64,000 nucleotides of DNA, from positions 5,664 through 69,663 of IMG/VR virus record IMGVR_UViG_3300029448_000018; one strand, written 5' to 3'. Below, in pieces: positions 55,678 through 64,000 of the stretch (position 1 is the stretch's first letter; every line of letters begins with the position of its first letter). Both the position numbers and the translations under genes were made by a program. The stretch is from a virus. Below the pieces are notes generated by a model that worked only from the letters and a program-made list of their open reading frames with translations, had not been told where the DNA came from and ran no database searches.

Positions 55678-56082
55678 TCATCTCCATATGTGTTGTAGTT
55701 TGTTCTTTGGGTCAAGTACCTTCATGGATTTAACTGTCTTATCCTGCAAAGTAACTATCCGTGAATTAATTGTAGCCATCCTTGAGTCAACCATCATCTT
55801 AACATCGACTTCCAAATCACCATCTCTCCGTCGCTCGATTTCATCTATCTTAGTCGATACTTCGGCTTGTACGATAGTACCTATGTATGATATTTTACTC
55901 TCTAAAGTAGCCAAGCGGTCCTCGATTGCTTGCATACCATTCTGAATATTGGTGAACACCTTTGTCATCTGAACAGTAAACGTCCTCTTATCCCTACAGT
56001 CAAAACACAGTTTGTTTGGGTCGAGATTTGTGGAAGGAGTAAATACCCCTGAGCATACTATGCACTTCTTTTCAAGCGTCAT
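55678..56082 (-). CDS. Zn-finger plus coiled-coil protein
   Basis: CIVC...CFDC followed by heptad-like helix. Confidence 0.6.
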   Translation of the reverse strand: MTLEKKCIVCSGVFTPSTNLDPNKLCFDCRDKRTFTVQMTKVFTNIQNGMQAIEDRLATLESKISYIGTIVQAEVSTKIDEIERRRDGDLEVDVKMMVDSRMATINSRIVTLQDKTVKSMKVLDPKNKLQHIWR

Positions 56083-56308
56083 CGTATTCACCATCCTCAA
56101 TTAGTGATGCAATACTCATTGTCTCCATTGCTGTACAAATTTGTACAAGCACCTTCGTGAGAGTGAGCCTCATTTGCATTCTGTTGTTATCTTCTTTCAT
56201 TGCATCCACAATACCCTTCACCGCTACATCTAATGTAGCGAGTGTGTGTAAAGCAGATTCTCTTAATCGTTCTATTTTGACTAATACGTTCTTCATTTCA
56301 TCCATCAT
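56072..56308 (-). CDS. Hypothetical helical protein
   Basis: GGGGG RBS and overlaps with neighbours. Confidence 0.55.
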   Translation of the reverse strand: MMDEMKNVLVKIERLRESALHTLATLDVAVKGIVDAMKEDNNRMQMRLTLTKVLVQICTAMETMSIASLIEDGEYDDA

Positions 56309-56538
56309 ATATTCCCCCTGTATTTTCTTCGCTTGTTATTGAACCCAATGCTCTCGGTAACCTCTCGGTTCTCCTTCTCGAAATCATATAATCGTTTCTG
56401 ATTCGTAGGTGTCATATCGAAAAACTCATTTAGTTTCGTTTGTCGCATGACCTTTCCACCGCAGTTACAGCAATACTTTACTGATGAATTTACTGTCGGC
56501 GTTTCTTGTACCTTTTTCCAAAATTTCCATTTACTCAT
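56305..56538 (-). CDS. Hypothetical protein (CCNC)
   Basis: Follows polB stop, start MSKWKFW. Confidence 0.5.
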   Translation of the reverse strand: MSKWKFWKKVQETPTVNSSVKYCCNCGGKVMRQTKLNEFFDMTPTNQKRLYDFEKENREVTESIGFNNKRRKYRGNI

Positions 56539-56542
56539 TTTA

Positions 56543-58945
56543 TTACCATCCATATTTTTTAGGAACTCTCATTGCTGTTACTGCATCCAAATCCCAGTTG
56601 AGGGTTTCGTATACTGATTTGATTTTTGAACGCACCCACTTCTCTACTACAGTAGACCAGTCGATGTCGTAATCCTCAAGTTGATTTACATTCTCGTATG
56701 CTATTACATTGGTGAGAGGTTGCCCTTCGGGTACACCGTTTATGAATACCCACTTGATACTGTCTCCCTTGTTGAAGTCAGTCTTGAGGTATTGGTTAGA
56801 GTATCTCGCCGCCTTAGCAGGGTTGGGTACAACCTTGTCGTACTCATGTAGTTTCTTATTTATGCGACCACTTGAAGCAATCTCATCAACAGACTTACCA
56901 CCTTTGTACAGATTCGTAACAGCGGGTCTAACATTGTTGTACACCTCATTCTCATCAGCACCAGTAGCAATCAACTCAAATGCTGATGAAAGAATCTCCT
57001 TCGTTACCGCAGGGGCATTGGATGCCTTGAGTGAGTAACCAGTTACTTTCATCTTACCTTTATCTTCCAAAGGCCATGATATGAGTCCGAAGTTTCTGTT
57101 CTTCGTATTGGCAGTAAACCAGTATGGGAAGAACGCTTCAAACTCAACATCAAGATACGCCAAGTTCAATTCATTCTGTGAGATACCTGTAAGTGTTTTA
57201 CATAGAGGGTGTGCATCATCAAATGGTACTTGTACATACACGGAGTCTGTGTGTCCTGCAAGAGCCTTGTAGCCACGCTTCTCACACTCATCAACGAGCA
57301 TGGTGATAGACTTACGACCAAGATATGTAATGGATGATGCAATGGCATAACTACTCCATTGACCACCAATCTTACGGCTTCCTGTCATTCCATAGAGAGC
57401 ATTTACTGCAACCTTTACAGCCATCTGTAACATGTTGTAACCGAGTTTCTCATCAGCATCAGTTGCTTCTTTCATCAATGTCTTGTATTGTTTTCTCAAA
57501 GCAAGCAGTTCCTTGACAACCTTCGGGAACAGTCCTTCCCTTGATTGGTCCCAATGGAATGTACCACCAGTACCATGAATGTATGTACCGTCCTTCTCTC
57601 GCTTAGGAGGTATGTTGAGTGTGAGTATTCCCTCCCCACCCTCATCAACGAGGGTTGTCCAACACAGGTTGGCGGAGAGAATAATGTTAGGATATAGAGA
57701 AGCGAAATCCATGAGAGCAACGTTCTCATGACGACCCGGTACAGGTTGCATAACCCATGCCGCTTCTAATTCAGGTCGTTCTTGTATGTATGATGAGGGG
57801 GCTTTGAGTTCGGTACGTCGTCCTATCAATCCTCTAAAGTATCGAGTAACCTTGTGTGTACTTCCAAACTGCACACCGCAGACTTTCTGCAATGCGAAGT
57901 GGAAATTGGTACAGTTAAGTTTGTCATCACAGTCACGCAAGAGTGTTGTATCGACAAGACAGTAATCAACGAAGTCATCATAGTAATCAGTCCATCCATT
58001 GAACACAGTCATGCCTTCAATCTCATTTGTTAGTTTACCTCCGAAACCAAGTTCCTTAGCGAACCAATCGAGTTTACGTGATTGCGCTTGACCCTTACCA
58101 GACTTTTGCCATATGCCCTCAAAGCCACTTCCATCAGTCCATTGAGCCGCAGTATCAAACACCAGTCGCCCCTTGATAGGTTGACGTGTACTCTTGTACC
58201 CACTCCCATCTTTGGGGGGTGCAACGAATATGTTGAGTGGAGACATGCGCCCACGTTCAGCACCGAGCCTTCGGTGTAGATGAGGTAAGTCAGCCCAATG
58301 ACCTGCATGAGCAATGAGCATATCAGGGTCACGTTCCTCAAGGAACGTCAAGAACCCATCATGCATCTCATGCTCGTTAGCATATGTACGTAGTTCATAA
58401 CCACCATACCTATCAATGAACTCGGTCTTACGAGTCGTATTCTGTATGCTGTCTCTACTCCATGCAAAGACAACAGGAGTACGAAGGTCGCTATCCACTA
58501 CAGCCATGACTGTTGTAAAGTCGTCATCATCGTTTGGGTTCCATTCAAGGTCGAAGTACCACTTACGAGGATGGAAGTCAGGTATCTCATCAGGATAGTT
58601 TGTTAGAAGAATCTGGTCAAGGTAATTGACATCAGCCTCGTATGTCCAACGTGGACACTTATCCTTTAACTCCCAAAGTAAGTTGGGATGTGATACTGTA
58701 ACCTTCCATAGATTCTGATTATGTAATCCCTTTGCTGAAATGTCATAATGTATTTCAGCACCGAGTCTTTGAATGCGACGTAGTACATGAGTAGGTGATG
58801 CTTGGTCTATCCAACAGAAGGGTTGCACATAGTCATCATCCTCACTCATGATGTATCGCTCGTGCAATATACCATCAGCACCCCTACGCCTCTCGTAGAG
58901 GATAGGAGGGTCCGATGGGGATTCGGAGAACCAATCAATTATCAT
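56543..58945 (-). CDS. polB: Family B DNA polymerase
   Basis: Exonuclease YFDLE and YCLVD, polymerase DFASLYPNII, KVAVNALYG and AGHTDS. Confidence 0.95.
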   Translation of the reverse strand: MIIDWFSESPSDPPILYERRRGADGILHERYIMSEDDDYVQPFCWIDQASPTHVLRRIQRLGAEIHYDISAKGLHNQNLWKVTVSHPNLLWELKDKCPRWTYEADVNYLDQILLTNYPDEIPDFHPRKWYFDLEWNPNDDDDFTTVMAVVDSDLRTPVVFAWSRDSIQNTTRKTEFIDRYGGYELRTYANEHEMHDGFLTFLEERDPDMLIAHAGHWADLPHLHRRLGAERGRMSPLNIFVAPPKDGSGYKSTRQPIKGRLVFDTAAQWTDGSGFEGIWQKSGKGQAQSRKLDWFAKELGFGGKLTNEIEGMTVFNGWTDYYDDFVDYCLVDTTLLRDCDDKLNCTNFHFALQKVCGVQFGSTHKVTRYFRGLIGRRTELKAPSSYIQERPELEAAWVMQPVPGRHENVALMDFASLYPNIILSANLCWTTLVDEGGEGILTLNIPPKREKDGTYIHGTGGTFHWDQSREGLFPKVVKELLALRKQYKTLMKEATDADEKLGYNMLQMAVKVAVNALYGMTGSRKIGGQWSSYAIASSITYLGRKSITMLVDECEKRGYKALAGHTDSVYVQVPFDDAHPLCKTLTGISQNELNLAYLDVEFEAFFPYWFTANTKNRNFGLISWPLEDKGKMKVTGYSLKASNAPAVTKEILSSAFELIATGADENEVYNNVRPAVTNLYKGGKSVDEIASSGRINKKLHEYDKVVPNPAKAARYSNQYLKTDFNKGDSIKWVFINGVPEGQPLTNVIAYENVNQLEDYDIDWSTVVEKWVRSKIKSVYETLNWDLDAVTAMRVPKKYGW

Positions 58946-59697
58946 TCATCTCCCTCATCTATAATCACAAGTAAAGTATTGTCTTGGTCGAAGATAATCG
59001 GTGTACCATCACCCATGTGGAATCGTGCTTGCTCGTCATCCAAGAACTGTAGGCAAGCAGGTAACCAATCACCGAAGTATGATTGTACTGTAGCCGAAGG
59101 ACCATCGGTATCGCTGATAGATAATGTAGTGAATAGGCGACCACTCGCCGCTTTTCCTGCTACAATACCAAACTCTTCTTCACCACAATGAACACGCAGT
59201 TTAAACTGCGAGTCATCAGATACGAGTGTACGCATACCCGCCAATGAAATCAAATCCTTAGTCTCAAATAGTGTACCATGAGCCGTTAAGGGACTCTTGT
59301 AAAACGTAGTGAAGTTATCACCAATGCATGAATTAATTACTTTACTCATTGCATTAACTTTAGCATGGGACTCAATCTCATCAGTACTCGGTATCTGCAA
59401 TCGGTTACCACCTGCATCAATGTGAAGTGGCTTGACAGGAGATACCTGTCGAAGAGTTATATCATCCTGCTTACTTGCTTTCAAGAACTTAAGGAACTTC
59501 TCAAGCATTGCAATGTGAATGATGCCCTCTTCTTCTATGTCTGATACGATAAGACGCTTGCGTAGATAGTAATTAGCATACGCTACTTGTACAGTCATGT
59601 GTATACCTGAACAGTTGATACGAAGGTCCTCAATACCTTTAGTGAAACCACTAAGGAACTTCATCAAATCGCTTCGGTCTACTGTTATCTTTGTCAT
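58942..59697 (-). CDS. Putative sliding clamp (divergent PCNA)
   Basis: 251 aa adjacent to polB and near RFC. Alpha/beta pattern with a C-terminal GDGTPIIF.....LLVI end typical of clamps. Confidence 0.6.
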   Translation of the reverse strand: MTKITVDRSDLMKFLSGFTKGIEDLRINCSGIHMTVQVAYANYYLRKRLIVSDIEEEGIIHIAMLEKFLKFLKASKQDDITLRQVSPVKPLHIDAGGNRLQIPSTDEIESHAKVNAMSKVINSCIGDNFTTFYKSPLTAHGTLFETKDLISLAGMRTLVSDDSQFKLRVHCGEEEFGIVAGKAASGRLFTTLSISDTDGPSATVQSYFGDWLPACLQFLDDEQARFHMGDGTPIIFDQDNTLLVIIDEGDE

Positions 59698-59710
59698 ACA
59701 ATCAACTCTT

Positions 59711-59730
59711 TTCTCTTTGCCGATTTATAA
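59711..59730 (-). promoter_or_regulatory. Conserved 20-bp promoter element (copy 2)
   Basis: Identical 20-mer ending 13 nt before the clamp ATG at 59697. Confidence 0.85.
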
Positions 59731-59838
59731 AGGTGGAAAGGAAGAAGGAGGATAAAGTGATAGAAAAACCCCTGTCGTGGATGATGGTGACCATACCACC
59801 GGAATGAATTTCCCTCTTATTACTTGACAAACTTTCCC

Positions 59839-59864
59839 CAATACCTAACATGCAAAAGGTATTG
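59839..59864. terminator. Stem-loop just downstream of the ATPase stop
   Basis: CAATACCT-N10-AGGTATTG perfect 8-bp inverted repeat, with a pyrimidine tract further downstream on the minus strand. Confidence 0.4.
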
Positions 59865-59866
59865 AA

Positions 59867-60832
59867 TCACAAACTCCCATCGTATAATTCAGGGAGGCCG
59901 AACCATTCGGGTTCACCTTCGGGACGTGTAGTGAATACCTTTCTTCGTTTGTCTTGAAGTTCAGGATTCATCTTCGCCTTAGAGAATTTGACATAATAGT
60001 GTATCGCTACTAACTCACCATCTTCATTGAGTTCTTCTTCCTTCTCGGTAAGTAGGATAGTCGGTAAGTAGTTGTTCGTTCGCTTCTCCCAATCAGGTAC
60101 GAAACGCTTGTTGGGTCCATAGAAGTCCTTAGTCGTCATGTGGGTTTCCCATATGACCTTAACACCAAGTCGAACCAAATCACGAGACAATGCTGTGAGT
60201 TGGTGGAACCGTGTGTTACGGATAGCCCATGTGTTTTGTTTCTCAATCTTCGCTGAACCGCTTCCGTCTGCCGCATCAATAGCATCGTTAGACAAACCTA
60301 AGTCCACGATACGCATGTTGTTGCCACATATCTCCAACCATGAATCGACACCGCTAATGATGACACCCCATACAGGATTGTCATTCATTGCTTGGTCATG
60401 GATGTATTTCATAATGTCCATGACACGTTGGTGAGTGGCGGGATAGTTGTAAGCAGTACGGTCATTAGCCGCCATTGCCCACGGGTTCCATGATACGATG
60501 TTGTCCTCTTCTGTGTGTAATGCGGAAGCAAGCATTGCTACTCCCATATCAAAGTCGAGTACGTGTAGTTTAGCGTTGGGGTCTTTGGTTGTATCTTTGG
60601 CAAACCAATCGAGCATGATACCCGACTTACATGTGCCATCAAATCCAGCCACTCCCATGAAGTCGTAGCGTTGCGCCTTAGCCTTCTCCATCATTGTTTG
60701 CTCGGCTCGTAGGTGAGCGAACGGGTCATCATTACTGACAGCCGCCATTGCTTTCGCTTGTGCCTTCGCCTTTGCCTTCGCTTCCTTTACTTCGTTCTTA
60801 ATTTCTGTTACTGTTGTTCCAAATCCTGACAT
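59867..60832 (-). CDS. P-loop ATPase, RecA/Sak4-like recombination protein (putative)
   Basis: GVAGFDGTCKS Walker A variant, VLDFDMG, IISGVDSW and VIWETH. GGAGG RBS. Confidence 0.6.
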   Translation of the reverse strand: MSGFGTTVTEIKNEVKEAKAKAKAQAKAMAAVSNDDPFAHLRAEQTMMEKAKAQRYDFMGVAGFDGTCKSGIMLDWFAKDTTKDPNAKLHVLDFDMGVAMLASALHTEEDNIVSWNPWAMAANDRTAYNYPATHQRVMDIMKYIHDQAMNDNPVWGVIISGVDSWLEICGNNMRIVDLGLSNDAIDAADGSGSAKIEKQNTWAIRNTRFHQLTALSRDLVRLGVKVIWETHMTTKDFYGPNKRFVPDWEKRTNNYLPTILLTEKEEELNEDGELVAIHYYVKFSKAKMNPELQDKRRKVFTTRPEGEPEWFGLPELYDGSL

Positions 60833-60843
60833 ATTTATTCCTC

Positions 60844-62169
60844 CTAATCGAATTGACCTACTCCTGTATCGCCACCAGTTGCTCGTTGTCGGCTACGTCG
60901 TGGGTCTGCAAAGACCCCCATGACGCTTATCTTAGGAGACACAATACCATTGTATTCCTTCATACCTAAACGACCAAAGACAAGTACTGTAGAGCGTTCA
61001 GCGTATTCAAACGCCTCCTCACCCCATCCTGCTACAAACGGTTGAGTAAGGTTACCCACCGCACCTGCAATCCAGCATTGTACATCACCAGTAATACTAC
61101 TTGATAGTGTCATAGAATAGTTGTAACCTTCGGGGTCGAAGTCGCTTTCACGAGGCTCGCTGTTAAGCGATGTAACCAATCCCCTTGTAATAACCAACGG
61201 ACCCCATTGACGACGCTCGCCACCAATGTCTCCGCTTTGCTTACCACGTTCATACGCATCATCCAATTCATCAATCGGTACGTAGTATTCATGGAAGGCG
61301 GGTAAAGTCCAAAACTTTGAAGGTTGAAGTAGAGGGCGTACATCTTCGGGAAGGAACTCATCTGTGTATTCAATCTCAAAGTTACTGTAAACACCGAGTA
61401 CATCCTTGAAATTATCTGATGCCTTCTCTCGTGGTGGCACGACTTGTATCTTACAAGGGCGACCTTGTTGGATATTGAGTTCCGTGAGTTCATTTGTCAA
61501 GTCAACACGCCATAGAGACACCTTGTTGTTCTTGACCAGTTGTTCTTCCTCATGTCCGAGGAAGTATGCGTATCGACCCATGCGTTTGTATGGCGCAGGG
61601 TCGCCGTTGTATGAGGTAAGACAGACCCAATCACTTCCTGATTGTAGTCCATAAGGTGGGTTCTCATCACTCGATGCTTCAAGTTTCTTGACACCATCCT
61701 TTGTGTGTAAAGACCATACTGTACCGGTCTTTTCATATGCACCAAGACGACCACTTCCGATTGCTTCGGATGGGTCATCTGCATACAACTTGAGATTGCT
61801 TTGTACAATGTTAGCGAGTCTGTCTCGCTTACGGTCTTGTACACCTAAGAATGAACCAACCCATGTGGAGAGGTTCTTACTGCTTCCACCGCTTTGCTTG
61901 CGAGTTTCAGTAAACACTTGTTCAGCCCAATCGACCAACAAATCTTCATCTTCATCAGCAGGGGAGTCGCAACCATAATGCGTTGTAATGTACTCAAGGT
62001 ACATCTTCTTTGCATCTTCTATTGTCTTGTTTGTGCGCTTTGCATAGGCATCCAAACGAAGCATTACTCCTTTGGGTAACCCATCCTCGCTCGCTTCTGC
62101 CTGTACAGCACCAAAGCCACTTCCTGTATCTTCTACGTTTTCGTATTCATCTTCTTCTTTCCATGTCAT
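60844..62169 (-). CDS. Putative ssDNA-binding (RPA/OB-fold-like) protein
   Basis: Acidic protein in the replication cluster next to the ATPase, with a C-terminal OB-like STVLVFGRL pattern. Function inferred from context. Confidence 0.45.
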   Translation of the reverse strand: MTWKEEDEYENVEDTGSGFGAVQAEASEDGLPKGVMLRLDAYAKRTNKTIEDAKKMYLEYITTHYGCDSPADEDEDLLVDWAEQVFTETRKQSGGSSKNLSTWVGSFLGVQDRKRDRLANIVQSNLKLYADDPSEAIGSGRLGAYEKTGTVWSLHTKDGVKKLEASSDENPPYGLQSGSDWVCLTSYNGDPAPYKRMGRYAYFLGHEEEQLVKNNKVSLWRVDLTNELTELNIQQGRPCKIQVVPPREKASDNFKDVLGVYSNFEIEYTDEFLPEDVRPLLQPSKFWTLPAFHEYYVPIDELDDAYERGKQSGDIGGERRQWGPLVITRGLVTSLNSEPRESDFDPEGYNYSMTLSSSITGDVQCWIAGAVGNLTQPFVAGWGEEAFEYAERSTVLVFGRLGMKEYNGIVSPKISVMGVFADPRRSRQRATGGDTGVGQFD

Positions 62170-62174
62170 CTTAA

Positions 62175-62351
62175 TCACCAATCTTTCAATATTTTTTGTT
62201 CTATTTCCTTTGTTACTTCATACGCCTTGTCTACAGCAAAGACAACATCATCTTCTCCTATAGTAATCAAAGCGTGGAATATGATACTCATCATGAGGCA
62301 ACGTGTTGTGTCTGCGCCCTTGTCGAGTGCGGGTTTGAAATCTCTATTCAT
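62175..62351 (-). CDS. 58-aa hypothetical protein (not in ORF track)
   Basis: MNRDFKPALDKGADTTRCLMMSIIFHALITIGEDDVVFAVDKAYEVTKEIEQKILKDW*. ATGA overlap with the RFC stop and GGAG RBS. Confidence 0.6.
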   Translation of the reverse strand: MNRDFKPALDKGADTTRCLMMSIIFHALITIGEDDVVFAVDKAYEVTKEIEQKILKDW

Positions 62352-63274
62352 TCTTCCAACTCCTTCTTTAGCCTTGCAACGAACACGTCTACATACGACT
62401 CGTCGCTTCCTATGAAATCATGAACGATTTCCATCATCTGACCCCATACAAATATGATACTGAATGCTGTCTCCGCATCCTTGTCAAAGAACTTAGAGAC
62501 ATACCTGTGAACGTTGTACATGAATTGAGTGCGCCCTGATAGATTATTCAATCGCTCATGTAGGCTTTCACGTAGGTCATTGAATTTGTTGTTCGATACA
62601 TCTTCCCACCAGTTGTGTCCATCAGAAGCATTCTCTATGTGGTCAAGTGCATCAGGTGAACGCTTTAGTGAGGTAAGATAGTTTACACTCTCACGTAGGT
62701 CGCCATCAAAGGATTCGACAAGAGCAGGATAATTCTGCACCCATTCAGTCGGAAGGAAATCAAGGCGAGAAAGATGCTTCGCACCCTCACTTCCCCCTAC
62801 TCTTTCAAATGTATAGGTTCGACATCGACTCTTGATAGCGTCGTGTATCTTACCCCCATCGTTCGCAGTAAGGATGAAGATGACCCGATTAGCATACTGT
62901 TCCATAATTCCACGTAGCGTTTGTTGAGCAGGTATAGTAAAGCCATCAAATTCGTCAAGAACTATTACCTTGATGTCCGTACCTATTCCCTTCAATCGAC
63001 AGAACAATTTGAGTTCATCACGAACATAGTTGATACCACGTTCATCACTCGCATTCGTCCAAAGAAGATTCATACCGTTTCTATTCGCACCGAGAACTGT
63101 ATTTGCGAGCACATTAGCCGCACTTGTCTTACCAGTACCCGGAGGTCCTAAGAAAAGTACAGCGGGTGGGTATTCGTTGGTATCAATCCAGTGACGCATA
63201 TCATCACAGAATTGCTTGTTCCCAACGATGTCATCCACTTTTTGTGGTCGTAGTTGTTCGTTCCAATTGCTCAT
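62348..63274 (-). CDS. rfcS: Replication factor C small subunit (clamp loader)
   Basis: W.EQLRP...DIVG, GPPGTGKT, NASDERGI, LDEFD, IKSRC and GDLR. Start MSNW at 63274. Confidence 0.93.
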   Translation of the reverse strand: MSNWNEQLRPQKVDDIVGNKQFCDDMRHWIDTNEYPPAVLFLGPPGTGKTSAANVLANTVLGANRNGMNLLWTNASDERGINYVRDELKLFCRLKGIGTDIKVIVLDEFDGFTIPAQQTLRGIMEQYANRVIFILTANDGGKIHDAIKSRCRTYTFERVGGSEGAKHLSRLDFLPTEWVQNYPALVESFDGDLRESVNYLTSLKRSPDALDHIENASDGHNWWEDVSNNKFNDLRESLHERLNNLSGRTQFMYNVHRYVSKFFDKDAETAFSIIFVWGQMMEIVHDFIGSDESYVDVFVARLKKELEE

Positions 63275-63288
63275 CTTTCTCACTCTTA

Positions 63289-63308
63289 TTCTCTTTGCCG
63301 ATTTATAA
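63289..63308 (-). promoter_or_regulatory. Conserved 20-bp promoter element (copy 3)
   Basis: Identical 20-mer ending 14 nt before the RFC ATG. The upstream gene's TAA lies inside the TATA box. Confidence 0.85.
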
Positions 63309-63674
63309 AGGAGAGGCCAAATCATACTTCTCCGCCCACTCTACGAATGCCTCCATTGACTTCGTTGGCATTGGGTTCTCTATGGTGAACAGCATCTTAT
63401 CATACTGCATGTAATTGCTCAATAGGTTACCACCATAGAATGCAATGACATCCATCCACTCCTGTATTTTCTTCTTGGATGATACAGGTAACGCTGGAAG
63501 GTTGTTACTTGTTGTGAATAAGCGTACTAACTTCTCTTCGTTGTCGCTTGAGTACTTGATGAATATCTTACGGCGTAGTCTAAAACCTATACCGACATGA
63601 GTTTTCTCCATGTGGACATGGAACCTTAGTTTAGCGAGCACTATACCCAATCCTACATCTTCCCACTTAGTCAT
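63303..63674 (-). CDS. Hypothetical protein
   Basis: 123-aa ORF with GGCGGTGG upstream. Confidence 0.55.
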   Translation of the reverse strand: MTKWEDVGLGIVLAKLRFHVHMEKTHVGIGFRLRRKIFIKYSSDNEEKLVRLFTTSNNLPALPVSSKKKIQEWMDVIAFYGGNLLSNYMQYDKMLFTIENPMPTKSMEAFVEWAEKYDLASPL

Positions 63675-63999
63675 CGTTTACCACCGCCAAGTAATCTACT
63701 AACTCGTCTACGTCTGATAGACCTGCATCGAGTACAACTGTATTGAATCTAAAGTGCCACTCCTTAGAAGGCGACCAAGTGTATTCTACTTTCACCACGA
63801 AAGTATCAGAAATCGGCTCGCTGGTATTTTTGACTGTAGGTGTAATACCTATGCGTCTTAGTGCGTAATCAAGTTCAAACACATTCTCTTCTACTGTGAA
63901 CACATTCATGTCTACAACATCAATACCATCCCTGAAACCAATGTTGAACTCCCATGTACCGTTCACGTTTCTATAATGTGTAACTTGCGCTTGAAGAGA
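63667..63999 (-). CDS. Hypothetical protein, 5' partial
   Basis: Frame stays open to the window edge (SLQAQVTHYRNVNGTWEF...). Confidence 0.55.
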   Translation of the reverse strand, partial: SLQAQVTHYRNVNGTWEFNIGFRDGIDVVDMNVFTVEENVFELDYALRRIGITPTVKNTSEPISDTFVVKVEYTWSPSKEWHFRFNTVVLDAGLSDVDELVDYLAVVNDD

Positions 64000-64000
64000 A

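Noticed and set aside
60752-60790. Short repeats encoding EAKAKAKAQAKA
   Set aside because: Simple low-complexity coding sequence with no sign of a DNA-level function.
1-64000. tRNA, rRNA, integrase or transposase
   Set aside because: Gaps are nearly all too short or filled by small ORFs, and no cloverleaf or recombinase motifs were recognised by eye. A tRNAscan-SE run would confirm.

Overview
A 64 kb segment of a tailed dsDNA virus (Caudoviricetes) of an archaeon. The gene set best matches the Magroviruses of Marine Group II / Poseidoniales: group II chaperonin, archaeal-type PolB, clamp, RFC, fused primase, ERCC4 nuclease, and GGAGG/GGTGA ribosome-binding sites. That assignment is inferred from gene content, not from a search. 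The + strand (1-48417) is a tightly packed morphogenesis module: terminase, portal, HK97-type protease/scaffold, capsid, neck, tail tube, frameshifted tail chaperones, tape measure, a 5735-aa tail protein, hub and C1q-tipped fibre, with an inserted HMG-CoA lyase. The - strand (48404-64000) is the replication module. Most notable observations: (1) a recurring hydrophobic-x-Lys motif, often within an 'AW..L.K' leader, on the capsid protein, protease/scaffold and about a dozen unrelated head-region proteins, suggesting a capsid cargo addressing and processing system; (2) a second protein carrying the scaffold's C-terminal motif; (3) a 1915-aa head-module protein whose DNA-ligase-like domain has Trp at the catalytic Lys position; (4) a perfect 20-bp TATA-containing element upstream of three replisome genes; (5) a -1 frameshift site in the tail chaperone; (6) a probable ATC start codon for the portal; (7) several unlisted small ORFs, including a TFS-like zinc ribbon. 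No tRNA, rRNA or CRISPR array was seen.
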